From assembly GCA_009602735.1 (NCBI GenBank), contig WELA01000881.1, positions 110,017-130,016 of the forward strand: DNA of 20,000 nt, written 5' to 3'. The notes beneath the pieces were generated by a model, which made no database searches, was not told where the DNA came from, and saw only the letters and a program-made list of their open reading frames with translations. This DNA is from Mesotaenium endlicherianum. Lineage: Eukaryota. How positions within the stretch are numbered: position 1 is the first letter of the stretch; each line of letters begins with the position of its first letter. Both the position numbers and the translations under genes were made by a program. This document shows positions 1 through 8,812 of the stretch, in pieces.

Positions 1-1419
1 GCGGTGCCAATTTGCAGGGTGCTATAAGGTAGTCGATGAATTGTGTTGTTATGTTGAGATGGTCAACATTTTCCTCATTGGTACCAGAGGCGTTCTGTTG
101 TCACTCCTCATATGTAGGGTAACTGCAAGGATGGAGATTGGCAAGGCTAGGCATTATTGTTTCATGATTTCTGGAATTCGGTTTCTTACATTTAGTCTCC
201 ACCCTAATGCTCGTCACTTTGTGGACAGCAAGTGGTTGCTTGTGCATCTCCTGAAGCCATGATGTGTTTCAACTGGAGTGATATATATGATCCTTTACTT
301 GCCCTTCAATTTAATGCACATTTCATTTGTGTTTGGAGTTAACCTAGATTCCCATTCCTCATTGAGAGCAATCAAGTCAATCCAATTCAGTTTTGTGACC
401 TAAGTTCCAATCGCCAACAAAATATTCATCAAACTCGCACCACATAGGTCAAGCTTGAATAGCCACTGAACTTGTACTTCTATTGCTCATTTACAAATTA
501 GGATTAATAATAATGCTTCGCTTTAACTTAATGCATGGTCCACCTCTCACGTAAGTCAAACGTAAGGTAGATGCGCCCCAGTTAATAGGTGCGATCTACC
601 AACCTTTATAACACATATGGTAAGTCTCACGCGCCATTATGTACAAACAATCTATTTCTACCTTTGCTTCTTGTCATGACCAGTGCTGTCGACTCCGTTG
701 AGCGTCAAATCAAAGTGAGTGGGGAGTTGGAGGATGATGACAAGTCTAAGTGGTAAGTCAGGTTAGGGTGGTAGGTAAGGAAAGCTCAGTTCATAGGCAG
801 TTGAAGTGAGAACTTGAACCTATGATCCGCTCACGAGGTTTTGCTGTTGAGCAACTGTGAGGTCCCACCCGGATCGTGAACTTACTTTTCGCCTCCACAT
901 GTGGTGTCGCTGCCCACATGTTTGGAGACCGGCCCACAAATTCCCTCACTTGTTGGGTCGGCCTTGGTACCAAGTGCGAACCTTAGCCGTCTCTAACTAA
1001 GCCTTCATTGTACTCTAGGCGAGCCCGTAGGGTATGCCTGCGGGCTCGCTAGGGGTTAGGGAGTGTACAAGTGAGTGTGTGTGGGATTGAGAGGGTGTAC
1101 GGTCCATAGTCTGTCCATTATCTTTTCACTTTACATTTGTCAATAGTAAGTCACTATTCCATTTTGACGCGATAACGCATCACCACAATAAGGTGTGTTT
1201 TTTGTTTGATCTCGTAGGCACTGGGCTTAGACATTTGCGAGCGGGCTACTTAGTGAGCACGCTAACACCATTTTGGTGTTAGCATTTGTTTCTCCAAATT
1301 TATACTTCTATTATTACTCTCCTCACAAGCTTTGTGTCCTCGGCTCCTTTGCGGAGTGTACTTGCATGCCATCTCCCTCTTTGTAAAGTAGTGCGTGCTT
1401 CTTTTCTCATGCTTCGGAT

Positions 1420-1778
1420 CCTAGTTATGGGATACGTATTTGGAGAATACGTAATACGTATACGTATTGCGAAAATACGTGTAAAAAATGGAAATACGTG
1501 AGTGTTACGTTTTTCCAAGATTCTCGAAAAAATTGGCAGAGCTTATAATTTTCAAATTGCTTCGGCACCTCGAGCGCGATCAATCGCGAATGGTAGAGGA
1601 CTCAATTTGCTATGATATGAAGGTGGTGAAAGTAGAAAATTCATTGTCACATTTTCAAACCGCCATATATTCATTTTTACCTCGTCGGGACGCGTATTTT
1701 GAGTATTTTGAAAATACGTCAAAATACGTGGTGTAATACGTCGCTCACGGACCAATACGCGAGTATCCCATAATTAGG
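1420..1778. mobile_element. Non-autonomous TIR element (MITE), copy A, 8-bp TSD
   Basis: TIRs CCTAGTTATGGGATAC ... GTATCCCATAATTAGG (15/16). Perfect 8-bp TSD CTTCGGAT at 1412-1419 and 1779-1786. AT-rich interior with repeated AATACG(T) motifs, similar to copies B and C. Confidence 0.93.
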
Positions 1779-2252
1779 CTTCGGATCCATAGATTATAGC
1801 TCTCGTGAGGCCGAGTTCGGCCATATCATTGCTAGCCACTTGAGTAGCTCACTACACTCTTGCTTTGTTCTCGTATTTGTCGTCGTCCGCCTTGCTGAGC
1901 CTATCCCTCCATTACATACAATGCTAATCCATCACATTGTTAGGTATTAGAGGCCGGTCGGGAACTCAAACACTGGTGACCCCTGACATTCACCCACGTT
2001 GCATAAGTAGTTTCTCTTTTCGACGGGACTAGCTCCTTGTTTCTCCTGCCAAGATAGCAAGTAACCAACCCTTCGCCAGGGACTATCAAAGGTTGACAGT
2101 AGTGACTGATAAGGACAAATCTGGTTTTGCCCGCCTCCTCGTCTGGAGAGCGCATGCTCTCCACTCGAGGGCGCACCAGGAGGGAATTAATTTACCAGCA
2201 TTCAGCCCCGAAGGAGCTGCTATCCGAACCAGACTTCTCGGAGACGACCTCT

Positions 2253-2587
2253 CCTAGTTATGGAGAACGTATTTGGAGAATACGTTAAATGAATAAATAG
2301 AAACACGTGTGTATTACGTTTTTCCAGGATTCTCGGAATAATTGGCTGAGCTTTTAACTTTCAAGTTATTTAGTAATTTCGAGCGCAAATTGTTGCAAAT
2401 GGTAGAGGACTTAATTTGCTATGCTATGAAGGTGGAGAAAATAAGAAATCCGTTGTTACATTTTCAAACCGCTAAAGATTCTTTTTTACCTCGTAAGAAC
2501 ATGTATTTTGAGTATTTTGGAGATACGTCAAAATACGTGGTGTATTACCTCGCTTACGGACCAACACGCGAGTATCCCTTAACTAGG
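2253..2587. mobile_element. MITE copy B (same family as A)
   Basis: Starts CCTAGTTATGG and ends CCCTTAACTAGG. Interior aligns by eye with copy A (e.g. GGTAGAGGACT.AATTTGCTATG.TATGAAGGTGG, TTTTCAAACCGC, ATACGTCAAAATACGTGGTGTA). TSD is degenerate (CGACCTCT vs CCAACCCT). Confidence 0.88.
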
Positions 2588-2642
2588 CCAACCCTGAACC
2601 TGCCAGTAAGCACACATATTAGTCTGACTACCCCCTTGCGCC

Positions 2643-2976
2643 CCTAGTTATGGAATACAAATACGAAGTATTTATATAACGAATACGTACTAGAGTTATA
2701 CGTGTAAAATTTGAAAATACGCGTGTATTTTTATTTTTCAAGATTCTTGGGAAAAATAGAAAGCTTCATAACTTCCACAATTTTTCAAAATTTTGAGCGC
2801 GTTTGGTCACGAATGATAGAGGTGTTGATCTGCTATAAATAGAATGTGCCAAAAGGAAATTAATGATATGAACATTTTATACTTGTCAAAAAAAAAGCCG
2901 CGTTCCTTTGGTTATTTCAAAATACGTGGAATAATCCAATGGTTTGGGACCATCACGCAAGTATTCCATAACTAGG
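2643..2976. mobile_element. MITE copy C (diverged subfamily)
   Basis: Perfect 16-bp TIRs CCTAGTTATGGAATAC ... GTATTCCATAACTAGG. TSD CTTGCGCC (2635-2642) and TTTGCGCC (2977-2984), 7/8 match. Confidence 0.9.
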
Positions 2977-3896
2977 TTTGCGCCCCCTCTCCAATTGAGT
3001 CTTCCTCACGATGTTGTGGGAGGCTGGTGGGGGATTGACGAGGGTTACGAGGATGTTCACCCTGCTGTTGATTTATCGTTCAAAATGTCCGGTCCTCGTC
3101 CTCTTTTGCGGTGCATCCAACCTACCAGTCATTCTTATGGCATGCCACTGCTCTCGTTAGAGTCTGAGATTGATGCATCTATGGCAATGTTGCATCCTCG
3201 TACTTACAGATTGACGCGTAACGAGTACTTTGACACCTTACCTACGCACGTGGGCGGAGAGGCTTTGGTGCTCTATCAATGTGTCAGGCTTGATATCATT
3301 TGCACCATCTCCAATGCCCCTTTCCTAGCCGCCCCCTGAGGACGGCGTAGGCGTCGTTTCCCTTCCCCTTACTCGACGCTCCTCTTGTGGATGGGCCAGC
3401 CGCTCATAGGGCCGCTGCTGCAGCTGTCGCTGCTGGATTGGATCTTGCTTAAGTTTGAGAAGTCGTTAGAGCCTCTTCTGAGCGTTCCATACGTATCGTG
3501 ATACGCTGTGGTAAAGTACAAAAAAGAATGTGTATGTACCGACATGATATGAAACTAATTTTCTTAAGTAGCCCTTCTCTAATTTCTTTCACCTGTTTAC
3601 TTATTACCCGCTCACCACGTCGGCCCCGCCGCAACCCAGAGACACAGGTTGAGGGGGCTCGTGCAGTCCACAGCCGTTGTGTAGCCGCCCATGCATCTCT
3701 CCCAAACCCTTCCGTCGACTCTGATCACGGTCGTGGTGACGTCCAGCTAGCCCAGCATCCTTGTTCATTTGAGACGACAAGCAGAGGCCCCCTCATGCAC
3801 GTGCACCCGTACCCAATAGGCCTCTGGCACATGTTGGTGAAGATTCTGCAGGTAAAATGAATCATCCCAAACGACGTCCCCATTGCTCATCCCAAG

Positions 3897-4252
3897 CCTA
3901 GTTATAAAATACCGTGCATCGGCCTAGCTTGTCGTACCAATACTCCGTATACGTATCAAAAATACACTTTAAGTAATAGTGGTCCGTTCTTTTTAACACC
4001 AAAATAGGAGTCTCCCTTCTACAGGCGAATGGTTGACAGATTTTTCTTTTTTGACCATCTTTTTTTGACGCGCTCGTTAGTCTCCACCTAATGTGGTTGA
4101 CGAAATATACGAATTTCAAACTTTCTAAAAGTTACAACCGCAAACACGCTTGGCGCATTTTGGCATAATATACGTCTGATTTTGACAAACCTATATATAC
4201 GTATCCGTACAGGTTGTACCCGTACAAGCCGTATCCGTATTTCAAAACTAGG
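3897..4252. mobile_element. MITE copy D (related termini, more distant interior, possibly opposite orientation)
   Basis: TIRs CCTAGTTATAAAATAC ... GTATTTCAAAACTAGG (14/16). Perfect 8-bp TSD ATCCCAAG at 3889-3896 and 4253-4260. Subterminal CCGTA(T/C) repeats. Confidence 0.9.
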
Positions 4253-4903
4253 ATCCCAAGCGCAGCAGCTATGTACCGACCTGCGAGCGGCCGCAGCTTT
4301 TGTTGAGCGCGACCTCCTTCTGCCGCCATCCTACCCACAAGTGGCTGTCAACCTGCCTCGCAGCAGGAATCCACCCATTTTGTCTACGCCACCTCAGCCT
4401 GCTGTTGCTGATACGCCAGCAACATTCGCAGCACTTTTTGCACGTGCTGCTGTTGAGCACCTTTTGCTCACCTCAGCCCTTGAATCCGCGACTGCTAATT
4501 AGGTGGTGTCCAACCAGCCAATTGCCTCTTTGTGAGAGAATACCCTTCCATTGCTTTCGGAGTTTCCCCACACGGTGGCCTCCTGCATACACGTGTCCTA
4601 TGCACGTCGAGTCCCCCACACTCTTTCACTCATAGTAGAGCCCAACCCTATGCTTAGCCCGCCTCTTGCTCTTCACAATTGCGTGACGTTCCCGTGTTGC
4701 GCAGGTCCCTCATGACTGCTTCACTTGCTTCCTTGGTACAGGCACACAAAGGCCCTCACATGGGAGCTCCTCCGGTGCTGCACAACCTCCTCGTCGTCAC
4801 TCAATTTGCCTGTAGCCCGCCTGATGCCGATTTGCCTATTGCTGTCAGTTCACCCGCCGCCAGCCGTCTGCTCGTGATGCATATTGCTTCTTTGGGGTTT
4901 AGT

Positions 4904-6014
4904 ATGACGTTTGCAATGAAAGTTTTAGGACGGTGATGCTTCACGGTCATTGACTCAGGAGCATCAGACAGCTTATAAATGCACATTTTCCAGACGACAT
5001 GAAGTTACTTCCACTACTCAAGAAACAACAACTTCGCTTAGGCGATGGTTCTTTAGCTTGTATTATTGGAACGATTAAGTTACCTCTTAAGATACACTCA
5101 TACTTTGGACACGAATAATTATGCATTACTGAATTGCTCGAAGGTATTGATGCAATTTTGGGTAACAAATGGCTTACACGAACAAGCGATTCTTGACTGC
5201 GGTCAAAAGACATGCATTGTTCAAAAAGGGACCGAAAAGAATACTCTTCAGTCTCTTAAACCTGATTTAGTCTTGGGAAGTCTTATATTGTCCATTAAGC
5301 AAACACGACATTTGGCAAAATAAGGTCAATGTGCTTTCTTCGATTTCCTGCAACCTGATCCCTCCGCGACGACCAATCCACTCGTTACAAAAAAACCTGT
5401 GCTGGACATCCCTGATCTCGTGGACACACTTACAGCTGAACTTGCTGCTTGATTGCAGAAATACAAGAAAGTGTTTTCCGGGGAAATACCAGCCGGGCTC
5501 CCGCCTGATAGGGATATTTGGCATACAATTCCTCTCGTTCCCGATTCTCAACCGCCTTGGCGACCTATCTAACGTATGTGCCCATTAGAGATGACAGAAA
5601 TGAAGAACCAAATTACCGACTTTTTGAAGAAAGGATGGATTGAGCCGAGTGTTTCAAAGGAAGATGGGACGCGCAGAATATGCAAGAGATATCGTGCGTT
5701 GAACAACATAACGGTCAAGAATTGCTATTCGTTGCATCGCATAAACGATTTGTTTGATTTGCGGTTGGGAGCATGCGTGTTCTCCTCGCTTGATCCAGCC
5801 TTGGGCTATCATCTGATCCAAAATCACACCAGAGGACGTTCCCGAGACACCGTATCAAACGCCTATTGGACACTTCCAATACGAAGTCCTGAATTCTGGA
5901 CTTACCAATGCACCGGCGACATTCCAAAGTATGATCAAGGACTTGTTTAGGTCCTACTTGGGTAACTTCGTCCAGATTTACCTCAACGATATTCAGAACT
6001 AATCAAAGACTAGG
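4904..6014 (+). pseudogene. pol: Decayed Ty3/gypsy pol (protease and N-half of RT) of an older host element, interrupted at 6014
   Basis: Protease motif VIDSGASDS (Asp codon 4952-4954). RT fragments [41 protein letters not shown] and FVQIYLND. Many stops and frameshifts. The 5' limit of the element cannot be resolved. Confidence 0.9.
6010..6014. repeat. 5-bp target-site duplication CTAGG (left copy; right copy 14821-14825)
   Basis: Identical CTAGG immediately outside both LTRs. Removing the element and one copy restores the host RT frame (..SKT-R-NEHYEHLKLVLQIL..). Confidence 0.95.
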
Positions 6015-6733
6015 TGAAATGAATCGACTTACCAAATAGGCGATTAACAATTAATAAAGATCTTTATATCAGCAAGTAATCTTTATGGTATTTCCGTTAA
6101 CTAGTTAAACGGCAAAGGACAACACACTAGCAGGTAATAATACTCGTAAGTCAAATGCGAGTAAACTAGCATCAATGATGCAAATCAGTAAACTCATACA
6201 TAAGCAAGGTTAGAAGACAGTGCGTACCAATGGCTTCTCGCCTTGGATTCAGATCCTCTCAGTAAGCTGTACAAGAGAGTTGGCCTCGTTTCCAAATACC
6301 GAACTCGAGAGCAATGTCTAGCGTATGTACATGGAATGAGTTTACTGTTCAACGGTCAGTGCGATGGCACCGCCTACCCGGGAGTTAACCACGTTGGTAG
6401 GACCTCGGTTAACCAAATCCACCGCCATCTCCCATCATCCCGAATCGCCATCCATCATAGGGATGTCATCTGGCCATTCATCTAGCATACCACACTTAGA
6501 TGCATATCGAGGCAGTTCGCTGCTACCGAGTACGGAAGTCAGCTGGCTGTCAAAGAATGTGTCAGCAAGCTGACTTAAGGTGACCTCAGCCTGCTACTTC
6601 CGGCCAAGTCATTAAACTGATATTAAGTATAAAGTCCAGCAGACTGATTGTTAACTAGAGTTCAGCAGGCTGAACTTATTTAACTATATTATTTAAATGA
6701 ATATTATATCGACCAATATACTGATTCATTACA
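6015..6733 (-). repeat. 3' LTR (719 bp)
   Basis: Direct repeat of 14111-14820. Terminal inverted repeat TGAAATGAATC ... GATTCATTACA (10/11). Adjacent to the PPT. Confidence 0.97.
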
Positions 6734-6748
6734 ATCCCTCCAACTTAT
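6734..6748 (-). promoter_or_regulatory. Polypurine tract (plus-strand primer)
   Basis: Minus strand ATAAGTTGGAGGGAT directly abuts the TG of the 3' LTR. It is preceded by the 8-bp-stem hairpin TGTTGTCG-AGG-CGACAACA (6751-6769). Confidence 0.85.
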
Positions 6749-6938
6749 CATGTTGTCGCCTCGACAACACTATCACAAGTAACAGCGTGCTGTCCCTCTT
6801 ATCCCCAGCCTGCTGCCCTTAGGAGGGAGATATCCCCGAGGCCCTATGCTCAGGGGAGCCAGACCTCCTCCTGTCTTGGGTTCTTTTGAAGCCTGTCAGA
6901 GAAGGGGGTTCCGTGTAAGGACCCGGCGGAGAACGTAG

Positions 6939-7979
6939 TTACTGGGCTGTTTCCTCCTGCACAGTCTGGAACTGAAGGGAGGCAGCCTTCTCCTGGGCAG
7001 CCCTCAAACTGACAGGTACGTATACCGGCATCCCGGAAGGATGTTGCATGACATGAGCCAAGGGTACATGCCCTCTCTGCGAGGGAGATGCTGGCAGGCC
7101 TCTGGCTATCTCCCGAGCAGCCCTCCTGTCTGCCCTGTCCGACTGGGTCTCCTTGCCTGGAGATGGGCTCTGTCCTCTGGCAGTCCCCAGCCAAGTGATA
7201 TCCTCCTCTTGAGCGAGTTGCGGCGGGGCCCACCCCGTCTTCTCCCTTACAGGGGATGTGGCAGGTGTCAGGATCACGGCGGGGCTAGTGTCCTCCTCCT
7301 CGCCTTCCTCCTCGTCTTCCTCCGACTCCGCCTCCTCGCCGTCCCCGGGTTCCTCTGAGACTTCTGGGGTCTCCTCTGTCCGCTGCTCCAGCTCTTCCCG
7401 AGAAAAAGAATATCCTACTGACCTTCCCCTTTTGGGTGCTGGTGGGGGCTGCTGAGTCCGGACCGCATAGAGGTCCTTTTCCCCCTGCTTACTTGCCCAT
7501 TTGGCATAAGCGTGCTTCCCTTTGGAGAATGACTCTCGGGCCCTGCTTCTGTCCCCCTGCATCTCTTGGCTCATGCAGTCTCTGACTCCATCCAATCTTG
7601 GGTCCCAAGCCGCAATGTGAGGGGGCAATACTATGTTCCCGTTTAGGTCTGTCAGGAAATCCTCATCCGTCGCCCTGTCATTCTGCTGGTCCCTCATGTT
7701 GATGGTCATCCACCGCCAATCAGTGGGCTTTTGGAAGAAGGCAGCGTCTGTCTTTTTGAGAGTACAAGGGTACCAGTGCCCTGCAAAGTCCAGCTGACTG
7801 GTTTCTCTGGCCAAGAATTCCCAGCTCCTCCTCTCCACCTCATTGTACATGGCTTTGAACCTGTTGTGGGGTGTCGAGTCCTTGAAGCTGTCCGCGTCCA
7901 TGGGGATCATCCTAATGACCTTATCTGCCCCCCAGATACCAGGAATCGAGACAGCTCCTGCTTCGTTCACCTGGGCCAT
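6939..7979 (-). CDS. Accessory ORF, C-terminal part (346 aa): aromatic-rich, probably globular region, acidic tract and Pro/Ser-rich tail; function unknown
   Basis: Long open frame between pol and the 3' LTR in the element's sense orientation. Acidic run EEPGDGEEAESEEDEEEGEEED and basic motif PKRGR. No transmembrane stretch. The frame stays open upstream to 8006, overlapping the end of the upstream ORF. Confidence 0.75.
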   Translation of the reverse strand: MAQVNEAGAVSIPGIWGADKVIRMIPMDADSFKDSTPHNRFKAMYNEVERRSWEFLARETSQLDFAGHWYPCTLKKTDAAFFQKPTDWRWMTINMRDQQNDRATDEDFLTDLNGNIVLPPHIAAWDPRLDGVRDCMSQEMQGDRSRARESFSKGKHAYAKWASKQGEKDLYAVRTQQPPPAPKRGRSVGYSFSREELEQRTEETPEVSEEPGDGEEAESEEDEEEGEEEDTSPAVILTPATSPVREKTGWAPPQLAQEEDITWLGTARGQSPSPGKETQSDRADRRAAREIARGLPASPSQRGHVPLAHVMQHPSGMPVYVPVSLRAAQEKAASLQFQTVQEETAQ

Positions 7980-8001
7980 TGCCTTGGCCTCTCCGATGGT
8001 A

Positions 8002-8487
8002 TTATCCTACCATCCTGGCGTAATCGTGGTAGAGGAGGAGCCCTGTGCCGACCTCTATATACTTGTCAAAGTTTTCAGATGTCTCCCCTTCCTTCTGGAG
8101 GATTTCCTTCTGCGACTCACTGCGACTTCTCTGGGCATACTTGAAGGCCTCCTCCAGTAGATCAAAGCCCTTGCCCATCACCGTGTAGCGGTAGCTGCTG
8201 ATTCTCCTCTGTTCTTCTTCTTCAGCCGACTGCTTCCGCTTCTCCTCAGCTTGCCTCTCCTCCTCTGCTTTCTTAGCCTCCTCTGCAGCTTTTCTGTCCA
8301 TTTCTTCCTGCCTCAGTCTGGCCTGTTCCTCCTCCTCCTTCTTCTTCTGCGCCTCCCGCTGTTGTTGGAGTCGTTGTGATTCCCGAGCGATGATGGAAGA
8401 TGATTCGATATCTCCACGGAATTGCAAGTATTCTGCATGTGCCTCTTCCGCCCTTCTCTTCCTCTTGAGTTCCGACTTTTGAGTCAT
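8002..8487 (-). CDS. Accessory ORF, N-terminal part (first ATG 8487): NLS-like KRKRR plus E/K/R/Q-rich helical region
   Basis: ORF track gives 8002-8496 from a TTG; the first ATG is at 8487. A homologous segment in copy 2 (16955-17154) shows several synonymous changes in this frame (GAT/GAC, TCT/TCC, GCG/GCA, GCC/GCT). Confidence 0.72.
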   Translation of the reverse strand: MTQKSELKRKRRAEEAHAEYLQFRGDIESSSIIARESQRLQQQREAQKKKEEEEQARLRQEEMDRKAAEEAKKAEEERQAEEKRKQSAEEEEQRRISSYRYTVMGKGFDLLEEAFKYAQRSRSESQKEILQKEGETSENFDKYIEVGTGLLLYHDYARMVG

Positions 8488-8488
8488 C

Positions 8489-8596
8489 CTGCTCAATCAT
8501 AAACACAATGCAGTTAGTGAAGTCATGATATTTTGCCGTTACTGAGTGCCCTTGATGAAGAGGGACGCGATCGGGAGAGTTCCAAGAGTGGAATAC
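8489..8596 (-). other. Putative 108-nt 5'-UTR intron of the accessory gene
   Basis: Donor CAG|GTATTC at 8596, branch-point-like CACTAAC near 8513-8519, acceptor GAGCAG|G-ATG at 8489. Both sites and the 108-nt length are kept in copy 2 (17156-17263), but its branch point reads CACAAAC. Prediction only. Confidence 0.45.
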
Positions 8597-8689
8597 CTGG
8601 TGTGAGCGAATATAAGGAAAAATTGAGTTGGAGAGCAAGTGAGTGTGAGCGCAGGTTGAGTGGGTAATATGGTGATCAGAGACTACCAC

Positions 8690-8786
8690 TCCCTCCAACT
8701 TAAATTTTAAAGGTGGGTTGCCTGTCACAACTGTCACTAACTGTCACATCTCCCTCCAACTTATATGGAGACAGGACCTCCTGTCA
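8690..8786 (-). promoter_or_regulatory. Internal duplicate PPT module and TGACAG repeat cluster (candidate internal promoter or second plus-strand origin)
   Basis: ATAAGTTGGAGGGA at 8751-8764 is identical to the 3' PPT and is followed by GA then TG. Hairpin GACAGG-AGGT-CCTGTC at 8770-8785. A third PPT-like 13-mer at 8690-8702. TGACAG occurs 4 times (plus-strand CTGTCA at 8722, 8731, 8741, 8781). Confidence 0.55.
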
Positions 8787-8812
8787 CCTTCCCGTGTCAA
8801 CGGAAACGACTG

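Noticed and set aside
79..89. PBS-like TGGTACCAGAG following CA
   Set aside because: 10/11 match to the iMet PBS, but there is no supporting LTR pair or gag in the window.
1420..2976. Repeated units as a CRISPR array or tandem satellite
   Set aside because: The units are ~340 bp with TIRs and individual flanks or TSDs, irregularly spaced, in a eukaryotic TE context.
2977..4900. Short ORFs as a host gene or as the gag of the older element
   Set aside because: No recognisable motifs, interrupted by a MITE and by stops. It may be decayed 5' sequence of the host element, but I cannot support that.
6010..6014. CTAGG TSD matching the MITE termini
   Set aside because: A 5-bp coincidence. The sequence is part of the host RT frame and no MITE sequence is adjacent.
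6243..6485. 80-aa ORF repeated at 14339-14581
   Set aside because: It lies inside the LTR, is antisense, starts with TTG, and is repeated only because the LTRs are duplicates.
7041..8160. Plus-strand ORFs antisense to the accessory gene
   Set aside because: Short, low-complexity shadow frames of the GAG/GAA-rich minus-strand coding sequence.
6939..8496. Extra 3' ORF as a retroviral-type env gene
   Set aside because: It is in the env position but has no signal peptide or hydrophobic transmembrane segment, and it is highly charged with an NLS-like motif.
8273..8737. 154-aa ORF (and 16985-17404 in copy 2) as a separate gene
   Set aside because: GTG start. The two copies read different frames over part of the N-terminus and stop at different points. 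It overlaps the better-supported accessory frame.
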